Source: Peribolospora baueri
Taxonomy: Eukaryota
Assembly (NCBI GenBank): GCA_029717555.1
Contig: JAMDHS010000071.1
Location: forward strand, 1 to 64,000
DNA length: 64,000 bases
Direction: 5' to 3'
Both the position numbers and the translations under genes were made by a program. Shown here piece after piece: positions 37,667-48,884 of the stretch (positions within the stretch are counted from its first letter, which is position 1; each line of letters opens with the position of its first letter). The notes beneath the pieces are model-generated. The model had not been told where the DNA came from and did not search any database. It was given only the letters and a program-made list of their open reading frames with translations.

Positions 37667-38554
37667 ATGGCGTCCAAGTCCTCGCAGGGCTTCCTTCTCG
37701 TCGGCCTCGGCAACTACACCCACCCGCTCACCCGCCACTCGATCGGCCAAGTCCTTCTCGACTCGCTCCTTGAGCGCATCAACGCCCACTCGCCCAGCGG
37801 TGCTAGGGCGGCGTTCAGGCTCGACAAGGACTTGGGTGGATGGGTGGCTAGAACGGAGGTCGTCCTGGGGGGTACGGGCAAGAAGAGAAGGGTGGAGAGA
37901 GATTGCCGTCTCAATGATGGACTTTATGCGTCTTCTCATGATTCTTTACGAGCGCAGCCGGCGTTGACGAAGGGGGGAAACTCGAACGCAGGAGGACGAG
38001 CCGGGCTCGCGTCGCTCGGTGGGTCTCGTCGTAACCACATCGTCGTCCTCACTCTGATGATCCGACTTTGACCTCTTTTCACACTCTCGCACGAACCAGA
38101 GGAGGCGCCGACGGTACCTCTCATCCTCTTGAAGCCGCGTCAACTGATGAACCTCAACGGGCGCTCGGTGCTCTCCTGCTCTCGCTCCCTATCCATCCCT
38201 CCCTCCCGCATTGTCGCACTTCACGATGAACTCTCCCGCCCGTTTGGAAACGTGTGGCCGAAGCTTAAGGGAAGCGCGGGTGGCCATAACGGCGTGAAGA
38301 GTATGATCGCCAGCCTGCGCACCGACGAGTTCCAAAGGGTTAGAGTGGGCATCGGCCGGCCGGAGGGACGGATCAGTACTGACGTCGCGGCGTGGGTGCT
38401 CTCCCCGCTCAGCAGGACGGAGGTGGACGCATGCGCTTGGGATCCGGAGCTTGAGCTTCATCGTAGAAGCGGTAGTGAGAACCTGTCAGGCGTTGGGCGA
38501 GGAGAGCTGTTGGAGAAGACGTGGCTGGCCGTGGAAGCTATCATTCGCCGGTAA
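37667..38554 (+). CDS. PTH1: Peptidyl-tRNA hydrolase (bacterial/mitochondrial Pth type)
   Basis: LLVGLGNY..TRHSIG, LLKPRQLMNLNG, HDEL, GSAGGHNG and RVRVGIGRP. One phase-1 intron at about 37872-38099. Confidence 0.93.
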
Positions 38555-39028
38555 CCACTCGAAGAGGTGAATCTGGTTTGGCGGGAGACAGCCACGGGAA
38601 GACGAGCGGTGGGGGTTGTAGACGCGCGCAACTGGATAGGCAGGAGGAAGGACATGTGGGCCCATCCGCTCCAGTACTACTAGCCAAGTCTTTTTTGCTC
38701 AACCGCTTTCGCCCTCCCATTTTCTGATCGCCTTTCGGCCAGTGCCTTTCCATTCAATCGACGCTCCATCGACGACGTCGCAGTTTGCAAGGTCTACGGA
38801 AAGAGCATCGGAACCATTCCATCCATTTATTTAGGCTTGCCTGGGTTTTGTCTATACAATATGAACAGCGTCCGTGTTATGAGGTGAGAGCGTGTGCGGC
38901 GGCGCGGGTATACGTTCGATTTGTTCTATGTCCGGAGTGTGAAGAGTGTCTGTATGCATTGCGTCTGCATCGGGTAAGCTCCTCTTGGCCAACCTCGCGA
39001 TCCCAGTCGCACTTTTTTTTTTCTTCCC

Positions 39029-40607
39029 TCAAATATCCAACTGCGCAGCGATGACGTGCGTAGGCCTCCAGACGCCATAGTCGTCGCTCTCGACCTTTTG
39101 CACGCGCACCGTCCGGTTGTTCGGCGCCTCGTGGAAGCCGTTCGGGTTGGTGAAAGCACCGTATGCGAACCACGGCGTGTTGTCGGGGCCTGTGCGAAAG
39201 GGCGAGGGTGCGGACGGAAGTGGGGACATGTCAGAGAGGGGCTGGACGTGCACGGCGAGCGGGGCGTTGGCGATGTGCGTCCAGTTTCTCCGCTCATTCA
39301 CCTTGGAAGAAGCCGCCGGAACCTGGACCGTACACGTCGATTGAAGGGTCGGAGGAGAGCACATCGGTATGCACCTCCTTCCACTGCGCCGGGTCGAGCG
39401 GGTCTCCGTGAAGGCTCTGGTAGATGACGCGGGTGGCGTAGTCAGTCTCGTCAAAGATGCGCACGGCGAAGGCTAGGTTGAGCGTTTGTGGGGTGGTGCA
39501 GTTGGAGGCGGTGCAGGAGAGGAGGACGGAAGAGGGGGCTTCGGTGTTGATTCCTTCGCTGTCGAGTCCGAGCGAGGCGGTGAAAGACAGGCCGAGGTAA
39601 GCATGGGCTCTCAGAAGCGGTGGAGAAAGACTAGCGGCGAAGAGAGCGACGTCGTTTCGCTTGCCCGCCTGGTTGCTCACCTCCTAAGACTGACGGGGTT
39701 GCCCTGAATGGTGGCGGGTCCGGTCAAACGGGCGATGAGCACACTGGAGTGATTGCTCCAAGTGATATACCTCTGTCCCGAGGGATGGATAATGACGTGA
39801 GGGTCGTATCCGTACATCTTCTGACCGTGGCCGTCTTTGAGCGGTCCCAGGTCGTCCCACTGGCCGAGCAAGTCATCCGTCCGCGTCGTGAGCACGCGCA
39901 TCGTATTGTCTGAGGTGGCGGAGACGTAGAGAGCATAGCCCGTGCCATAGGTGCAAAGGTCAGGAGCCTCGGTACCGATAGAACTGGAAAAGGTGTAGAT
40001 CGTGTGGAGTGTAGAGGCATCGCGTTGGATGTTGTCGAGGGATGGCGAGATGCGAAGATACACCTAAAGACAAGGCGGAAGAGTGTCGTCGTTGTCAACA
40101 TTGTAAGACCGGAGGGATAGAACAAGAGGAGACTCACGTGCGAACCGAAGTCATTGTCCGGGAAGACATACTGTTTGGTGTCGTTCAAGAAGACGGCGAT
40201 GGGCGCTGGATCCTGACCTGTCGTAGCGGAAAAAACACGAAACCAGCGTGACCTATTTAGCGAGCTGATCATTGCATGGTTTCCAGTGCTTGTACATCAG
40301 CGGGTAGCTCTTGGCGTGGTCACTCACCTCGTCCTAGGCTGTTGTGAACACCGGGAGCTTGAGCGGGGAGGAGGGTGTCTCGCTTCACCGCGCGACCGCG
40401 ACCGCCGCCGGAGGAGAAAGCGGAGGGTATAAACGGGGAGGAGGACGGGCGACGGCTTCCAGAGCCGTGGAGGTAAGGAGCGCGAGGGAGGGCGTGGACC
40501 TGGCGGACAGCGAGGTGGCCTGCCGGTTCGGCGTGACCCGGGGCGCCTGCGAGGGAGGCGAGGGCGCCGAAGGAGAGAGAGAGGAGGACGGCGGCACAAA
40601 GCTGCAT
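39029..40607 (-). CDS. Secreted glycoside hydrolase, GH43-type five-bladed beta-propeller (arabinofuranosidase/arabinanase-like)
   Basis: Signal peptide MQLCAAVLLSLSFGALA. Putative catalytic residues in GQDP, GYDP and NTEAP; also EAPDL and YGPGSG, with C-terminal R.VRVQ. Multi-exon. Confidence 0.72.
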
Positions 40608-41288
40608 GTTGCGGCTACGTCCACGGGTGGAGAGAGCGAGGGAGCGACTTGAAAACACTTTAGGAAAGGAGTGTGGTGCGTCAAACGCAAACCTTCAAAG
40701 GAGGGTGGGGAGAGAGATGGAGGAAGAAGGAGGGAGAAGAGAGGTGCTCGGGCGAGGAAGATAAGAGTAGAAGGCAGAAGGCGGGAAAAATAAAGGATGA
40801 GCGAGTGAGGCAGAAGGACGACCTGACGACGACATGGACGACAGTTTGAGTGGCCGGTTGCGCCTTGGCTTGCTTTCTCTCTCCTTCCGGCTAGCTGACA
40901 AGCCATGGCACGGCATCTTATCTGGTTCAAAGGAAAGGAGAGTGGAAGGGTTATCCGACGCAGAGAAGAACCAACCCGATGAGCAAGAGAAGAGAAGAAC
41001 GAGATGAGCAGCAAGTGCTATAGCGGTCGGTGAACGAAGTTGGATCAGATCTTCCTCTCCTCTTCTTCCTCGGTGGGCTCGAGCGCGCTTGGCATTGCTC
41101 CTAAGTGAGCGTGGGCACGACAGCGATGCTAGTCACCCGTCCTCCTACCCCTTCCTTGCTTCGAGCGTGCCAACCGTATCTCGCTGGTCGATAGGACGAG
41201 CTGGGTCGTCATTCCGAAGTAACTAAGGAAGACGATCCGCCGTAGATGGCGGGCCAACGAACGCAGACCTTCTGATTGGCAGCCTCGT

Positions 41289-41348
41289 CACGTGAGTGAT
41301 CGTGACTGGCGCGCAGATCATGTGACTAATCGCGCACGTGAGTGATCG
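41289..41348. promoter_or_regulatory. Cluster of E-box (bHLH) motifs in a 14-bp direct repeat
   Basis: CACGTGAGTGATCG at 41289-41302 and 41335-41348, with TCATGTGA between them, in the GH43/IKS1 divergent intergenic region. Confidence 0.5.
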
Positions 41349-41598
41349 ACGCGGGCCCTGCTGGGGACGACGGACGGGAGGATGATGATGATGATGAGTC
41401 TTGGCGTGGACGTCGTCGCTCATCGTACCACCACCATCACTCGTACCGCCTCGCCTCCGTCACCTCCATTCGCCTCCCCTTCTTCGTTTGTCTGGAGACC
41501 GCACGTTTGGTGCCTACACCCCACCTGTCTTGCATTTGAGCCACACTCGCATTCGCGCGGCGCCGGACCCATGCTCCTACCAAGCCCCGCTCTCGACG

Positions 41599-44500
41599 AT
41601 GGACCTTGTCCCCGTTCCTAGCGACCGTCATGAGCTACAAGTCGTCCTGAGGACGTGAGTAGAATGAGAAGGAGAGAGAAAAAGAGAGCGACCCCGCCCT
41701 ATTAAACCATCCGTCTTGAATGGACAACATAGACCTGGACGACTCGAGCCCCTTCTTCTCGCAGCTCGTCGGCTCACACCCACGTCTTTCCATACCCCTC
41801 AGACGTACCCACGCCGCTGTCTACAACCGCGCCTCCCAGTCTTTGTCCCTACAGACACGGCGACCGCTGGCCGTCTCCCCTCCCATCTCCTCGCGTGCGT
41901 CTCCGCCCGTCCGCTCCGCCTCCAACGGCCTCCCATCCGATCACCAAGTTTGTCCCTACTGCCTCCGACCCTTCGACGACGCCGCAGATCACCCGCCCGG
42001 TCAACCCACGGCGGCACGCGTAGGCGAACCTGGTTCCCAGCGGGAGAGATGGCAGCCGAGGTGGCAGTGGTATGAGGGCGCAGAGACGACGGCGGACTAC
42101 TTCCGTCTCCTCAGCACCGCCAGCAGCGTCCAGGGCTCCCCCGAAAGCAGTCCGCCCGGCACGCCAACGGGATTCCATCCCGTCAGCGGCCTACGCTCCG
42201 CCTCTCCTTTTCCCTCCAGCTCCCAGCGCACCGCACGAACCGCCGCGGGGGTGTCCGGGTCTGCGCGGACAACCGACCCGCTATCGCAGTCAGCGTTCAC
42301 CGATGGCTACTACGAGCGCTTTTTCATTGAGGAGAGAAAGCTTGGACGGGGCGCAAGGGGAGCAGTCTTCCTTTGCCAGCATGTCCTTAACGGCAACAAG
42401 CTCGGGTGGTACGCAGTGAAAAAGGTGCCCGTGGGCAACAACGCCGAGTCGTTGCTCACGACTCTCAAGGAGGTGAGCTGGCGCATCCACCTTCGAACGC
42501 AACGTTGTATTCCTCCTCGCGTGTCTCCCCGCTGAACTCAGGCGCGTCTTTCCCTCTTCTCCTACTGGGACGGGCTCAGGTGCACTTGATGGAATCGCTT
42601 TCCCACCCACATGTGATCCACTACCAGCACGCCTGGATCGAGACCACGCAGCTGTCTCCCTTCGCACCGCGCGTGCCCACGCTCTTCGTGCTTATGATGG
42701 CAGCCAACGGAGGCTCCCTCGCCGACTGGCTCCTGATGCGCCAGGGCGAGCCCGAAGAGGATCAGCCGGGAGGGCGTGCTGGCGATGGGAGCGGCACCGC
42801 TAAAAGGTCGGAAGGGCACGACGGGAACGGGAAAACCGCCGCCGAGAGACTCAAGGCTGCATTTCGGCGCAGGAGAGAGGCGCGTAGAGCGGAGGAAGCA
42901 GAAGATGCAATTGGCTCGTCATCGTCGGCTGATCGGAGCGGCCAAGGCTCTTCGACGGCGACGGCGACGACGACAACGACAAGGAGGAGGGGAGGAACGT
43001 GGTGGTCAGAGGTCCCGGACCAGGCGCGGGCGATTCACTATCTTCGCGCAGACGAGATCTTGAGCTTGCTTCAGGACATGACCAGCGGCCTTGCCTTCCT
43101 CCACGATCGTGGCGTCCTCCACCTGGACCTCAAGCCGGGTAACGTACTCCTGCACTGGGACGTCGATTCAGTCATGTGCGTGTCACGCCCTCTCCAGCGC
43201 GTTGTGAAATCTTATACATCTGTCCACCGGCAAACACGCCAGCCCTTTTTTATTCCCCCCACAGGCCTCGGGCGATGCTGTCCGATTTTGGCTCCTCCGA
43301 GCTCCTCCAGGACAACTGGCAAAGGGAGCGCTCGGGACACACGGGCACGATGGAGTACATGGCTCCCGAGACGTTCTTGAGAGACCCAACGACTGGGAGG
43401 CTGATGGAATTGACGAGCAAAGCCGATATCTGGTCGCTTGGTGTGTCCCGATCACCGAGATGACGTTCACATGCGCCCTGCGTATGACGGTGCTGATTTT
43501 TGCGTTCGTCTCTCGCGCTCGTCTATTTCGCCCATCTCTCTATTTATGAATACGACAGGGATGATCTTGCACCTGCTCATCTTCTTCAGATTGCCGTACC
43601 GACAAGTGGACGACATCGACCTGCTCGGCGAGGAAATCCTCGCCTACCGTGGTTTCGCCGAGTGAATCTCACCACGTCTCACCTATGATGCGTAGGGACA
43701 GTTCTACTGACCTCGTCTCCATGTATCACCCACCACAGCCCCGATCTCGAACCCCTCTCCTCGGACGTGCCGCACGACTCCACGACCTACGAGAGCCGCC
43801 GCCGGTCCGTACCCGTCGGTATATTGCGCCTCCTCTCCCGCATGCTTACCGTCGACCCTGCGTCCAGACCGAGCACCGCCGAGATCCTCCGCGCTATCAA
43901 CCCCGCCTCTCTCTCCGACCCGAACAACGATTTCTTCAGACCCCCACCCAGCCCCGATAATAGCAGCCTCGTGCCGAGCTCTGGTGGAGTCGGAGTCGGT
44001 AACGACTTGGATTCTTCACCGCGCGTGTCAGTGGGAGAATACTTTGGCGCGGACGCGTTCGACGAACACTCGGCGGAGGGAAGAACGACGGGAAGGAGAA
44101 GATTGAGCGTCACAGCCGGCCCCATGCCGTCCTCGCCGGCGACGTCCGCGCCACCGTCTCCCTCGTCTCCATCTCCATCGCTGTCGTGGTCCGCGCTGAC
44201 GGATGCTGTCACCGCTCGTTGGCCGAGACGGCTGCAACTGGCGCGGAGATGGGCTCGGAGCGGAAAGGCAAGACAGGTGATGAGCGATGGTGCTGCCGCT
44301 GGTGTCCTGCTCGTCAAGGTACGTCGGCTAGCGACCAATCCACACCGTTTCCGTTGCGGGCGTGGCTTGCCTTGGTCTCGGACCGTGGCGCTCACTGATG
44401 CTTCGCTGCTTCCCCCCGCTGCGCCTCGCTTGGAACGCCCAGGTCGCCTCGCTCCTGTGGCGGTGCTCGCCATGGCCTCCGGCCGACTGGGCGCTGTATG

Positions 44501-44891
44501 CCATCTTGGCCCTCGCTCTCGTCGACGTGTTGCGACCGCGAAGGTGAGTCACATTGCGAAAGGGACGCTCCCGGATTGTCGTAGGCGTTATGACCTATCT
44601 GCCTTGATCTGACGTCATCGTCATCCTACTCTGCCGTCTTTCTCCCAATCCAGGTCCTTCCTCCCCCGTCGGCGCTCCTGGCTTTTCTCCATTCCTTTCA
44701 TCCTTCTCGCGCTTCATGTCGTCCTCCTCTCTCAGCGCGCCGCTTTCGTCTGTCGAGTCGCTATCACGACGCCGCGAGAAAGCCGGGATGGTGGAGGAGG
44801 GGATAGCGGCGGTGGCGAGAGCATATGGGAGCTGGAGCGGCGCGGGTGGGTGAACGAGGGGAACGGCATCTGGTCCGCACCGGAAGAGTGA
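41599..44891 (+). CDS. IKS1: IKS1-family Ser/Thr protein kinase with C-terminal hydrophobic segments
   Basis: MDLVPVP..ELQVVLR|..AAVYN, CPYCLRP, DYFRLL, GYYERFFIEERKLGRGARGAVFLCQHVLNGNKLGWYAVKKVPVG, YQHAWIE, HLDLKPGN, LSDFG, GHTGTMEYMAPE and KADIWSLG. The 3' end was spliced manually. Confidence 0.92.
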
Positions 44892-45499
44892 CCGCGTCCT
44901 CGCTTCAACATCGCCCGTCGTCTTCACCCTTCGCATCTACCGCACCCGGGGAAATATACGCCGTGATGGTCTGCTCCGAGCTACGACCAGACAACCGCCC
45001 TCAGCTGCTTTCGACATGGCGGTTGCCACTAAGGCATACGAGTTCAGGCATCGAGCCGATCGAAAGATCCGCCCTTCACTTCAGGTATGCTACGTAAATC
45101 CGTCGCGTTTCGCCGTTCTTCGGGGGTATTTCTCTTGGTCGGAAGGCCACGCCGGCATGCGCTTTCGCCTCTGTTTGTTCAAGCTTCGGTCTCTTTATCG
45201 ATTCCACTCTGCCAATTCCGTCGATACGTTCATTCGCTTTTTCGTCTTCGTGTCAAGCCGAGCAATACTTGGCATTCGAAACGGGATTTTGAGCAGCGCC
45301 ACACTCGATCGGGCAAAGAGGTGGGAGGGGAGTGGGAGAGTAGGCACGCCTTTGATATCTGGTATACGTCCTAGGTTAAAATGTTCGTCCTCTGATGAGC
45401 GTCTGGCGCTTGAAGTCATGTTCGGACACTAGCGCGTTCTACCGAGCCCGTCGGTCAGTTCCGTCAAATATCATAGACCAACACTCCGCCCCTGGGCAC

Positions 45500-48400
45500 T
45501 TAGGCGTGGCGAGTAATAGCGAACTGTAGATAGACGACGAAGGAAGGCGTCAACACAAGATCCGTCCACCATCAATAGGGATCACAGAAAAATAAGCAGT
45601 CGACAATCTGGGCCTCCGACAGCCGCAACCAGTGCGTCACTCACCCTCCGAACGCAACCGTCCGCCCCCGATGTAGCCACCTCGGTATCGTCGAGCCACT
45701 GAACGCCGGTGACACCTCCGGCGTGGACGTTCTTGATGGCGATGTTCCTCATCGGCTTGGCGAGCGACCAGACGTAAACGTTAGTATCGCTAAATGAGGT
45801 TTCGGAGCGTAAAACGGGGGTTAGTGAGAGGAAAAGACGAGCCATTAGTGCATGTAAAGTGTGTCCGCGAGGGACAGCCGCTTGGACCGTCACAACGGCG
45901 AGCTCGCGACCAGCAACGGCTGCTGCCAAGAATAGAAAGATGACAGGCGGTAAAAACTCACAGTGAGCCGCTTACGGCGTGCGTGCCATCGGGGCTCCAG
46001 TCAATAGAGACGACCTTGCCGGTGTGGAAGACCCATTGAGAGAGCTTCACCTGTGTTGGTGTAAACGAAGAAAAGGAAAGCAACCGAAGTGAGTTGGACC
46101 AGTGTGCGCACGGGTGAAATGCACGACCCGCCGCCGCTCACCTTCCTCTCGGAGACATCGTACACCATAATCTTTCCGTTGCTTTCGCCCGCCGCAAGAT
46201 ACTTTCCGTTGGGGGAGAAGGCGAGTGCAGAGAGTGCGCTTCGATTGTTGGCGAGCATGGCGAGCTCTTTGAGAGGAGCACCAGGGGTGTAAGAGTAGAG
46301 ATAGACTTTCGAGTCCTGTGCGACCGGACCAAGGGGCATATAACGTGAGGCGAAGGAACGTACGAGTCTCCGAGCTGGATACTCGTATGCCTCACCTCGC
46401 CACCAACAGCGATCTCTGAGCCGTTCAGGCTAACCGCAATCACAGTGGGATTGTAGTTGACGCGAAGCGTAGAAGCGGGCTTTGCGCTCTCGAAGACTTG
46501 GATGGCGTTGGGAGTGGCCGCGAAGACGACGCCGCCCGAAGTGGCGGAGATTGACTTTGGAAGACCTGCGGTAGCGCTCGAGGTCGTGCTAGGGGTTGAA
46601 GTGAGAGCAGAAAGAAAAGGCGTTGACCAGTCAGGAACGAGAACGTAAGGTAGTGTGCGTAGGGTGTGAACCACAAATGTCTGAACCATCGCCTGGAAGC
46701 TGAATTTACGGGAGACACAAGCTCACCCGAAAGACGAGCCTACAATCTCTCTGATGCTGTCGTCCATGCCAGCGCTAAAGACCTTCTCGCTTCCGCCGCG
46801 GGCAAAAGCGACGACGGCGTTCGAATGTCCGACCCCCTTTAGGGGAGTACACTCGCCCGTTGAGGCGGAGAAGGAGCGTGTGGCACCGTCGTAAGACCCT
46901 GTACGCGAGACGGTACCGGCAAGACGATGAGCAGACCAGGTCGAACCAGACCCAGTTTGGCTCTGGACGTCAGGGGGGAAATCTCGTTCACCTGCAAGCA
47001 GAATCCCGTCCTTGCCTCCGACACTCAAGAAAGCAGAGATGCTCTTGTTGGGACCGTATAACACTTTGCTGGCCTTCCCGGGACTCTTCCGGCTCAGCAC
47101 GTTGAGGTCCCCCGACAAACTCAGCGAGACCGCCTCCTCCTCGTTCAACCACGCGTTCCCCACCTGCTGGTCATCCGCCACCGCCATGCCTTTCGCGTCC
47201 CTCGAAAAGGAGGCGAGGTCGTATGCCTCAACGACCTTGCGCGACTCTAGGTCCCACACTTTCGCAAACCCGTCGGCACCAGAGGAGAGGAGAAAGCGAG
47301 AAGACGGCGAGAAGGATACGGCAAAGATGGAGAAGCCGCTGTGCCCTGACGTCAACTCAAACTTAACCTGGCCGGAGGTGCCGTCGTACACGACAATCTT
47401 GCTATCCGAGCCCGCCGAGGCAAACACCTCGCCCGAAGGCGCATAGGCGACGGACTGGATGAAGCGTGTGTGAGTCTGCGTGGACGAGTTAAACTTGTAG
47501 GGGGCGCCGTGGTAAAAGACGACGGAACAGTCGTCGCTGGGTGATATCGATAAGGCAGAACATGAGAACGTTCAACGAACATAATCTTGATCATTGTTAG
47601 ACTGATCAAAACTTGAAACTGGTGTCGTCTTGCAAGATAGTACCCACCTGGCCGTGGCTGCCCTGAAAGGTCGTTGCGCGCGCACAGCGACGGCGTTGAT
47701 AGGTTTGGAGTGACCAGAAATTTCTCCAACCGAATTGCCGGTGAACGCGTCGAAGACGTGGCCGTACCTAGCAAGATTTGAATTGAAAAACATCGTTGGC
47801 AACGTCAGGATAATAAAGCTTGCATCAGGGACAACAACAAGAGGCGCCATTTGATCTCGACGCCGGCTCACCGCTCACGGCCATCGCCCACGGCGATGAT
47901 GCGCTTGCTCTCGCCGTCCCAAGCCAGGTCGTTGATCCGGCCGGCGACGATCTTGATGTCAAGCTTCTCGACCTGTCAGACAGCGGACGGGATTGGAAAA
48001 ACGGGCCATTAGTATGAGTGGGACTGGAGCCGGCTTGAACGTTGCGCTCGACTGGCCAGGGAGCTTGGCGTGAATATGGCCACGGCTGATCCATGCAGGT
48101 TCAACTCCGACTCCACCCTCCACAAAACCGAGAGTCTCAGCCCCAGCTTGCAAATAATTCAAGGTACGGCACACCTTGTCTTCGCCAACCAGATCCCAGA
48201 CCTTGACGGTGCCGCCCGCATCGGCGCTGGCGACATAATATCCCGAAGGGGAGATCTTGGCGACGGTCGTCGGCTGAGTGTGGCCGGTGAAGGCGAAGGA
48301 CTTGCCGAGCTCCTGTTGCAAATATGCAAGACGCAAGTCAAATAAAAAATTGCGCCCGCAAACAGGTGAACGTTGCAATTCTCCCTCGGACACACGCACC

Positions 48401-48537
48401 TTGAGGTCCCGAACGATGATGGTGCGTCCGTTGGCATAAACGAGCTTGTCGCCTTTGGGACCGACGCCGAGCTTTGTGGCCTGTGCCCGCACGGTGGTGG
48501 GATTGGCAGGGCAGAGCGAGAGGGGCTTGAAAGACAT
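45500..48537 (-). CDS. AIP1: Actin-interacting protein 1 (WDR1), WD40 repeat
   Basis: PANPTTVRAQATKL, SPSGYYVASAD..GTVKVWD, SGHSKPINAV..RPFRAAT, FASAGSD, SLSLSGDLN, SLDTNVYVWS..PMRNIAIKNVHAGGV and SGADGCVR|FAITRHA*. Confidence 0.95.
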
Positions 48538-48704
48538 GTTATGCTCTGCCTGCTAGGAAGGGTGCAACGAGAACGTCGAGGGGAATGGTAGCAAGATGTG
48601 ACAACCTTGTTCTCAGCCCTCGACTTCGCCCCTCGGCTGGCAGCGATCGGGAGCCGGGCGCCACGTGGACGATCCACTCACTGTACACGTCGGCAAGCCA
48701 CTCT

Positions 48705-48710
48705 ACGCGT
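48705..48710. promoter_or_regulatory. MCB element ACGCGT upstream of SLD2
   Basis: ACGCGTCGAT about 180 bp upstream of the SLD2 ATG, with a near-match CCGCGT at about 48723. Confidence 0.5.
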
Positions 48711-48884
48711 CGATGGGTCCAGCCGCGTCAGTGGGATCGGCAACCGGCGACGGTGACACCGACCGCGCATATTGATCTCGACGTTCCTTTTCACTTTGCT
48801 TTGCCCTCTCCACTCGTAAACCCTCTACAACGCTCAAGTGGCAGGTGGCTGTGCGCCATATCGTCCGCAAACGAGCGTCTCGTC

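Noticed and set aside
37872..38099. ATGATGG..CTGA pair in the long PTH1 intron as a possible C/D snoRNA
   Set aside because: Imperfect C box, weak terminal stem and no recognisable guide; the CTGA coincides with a likely branch-point region.
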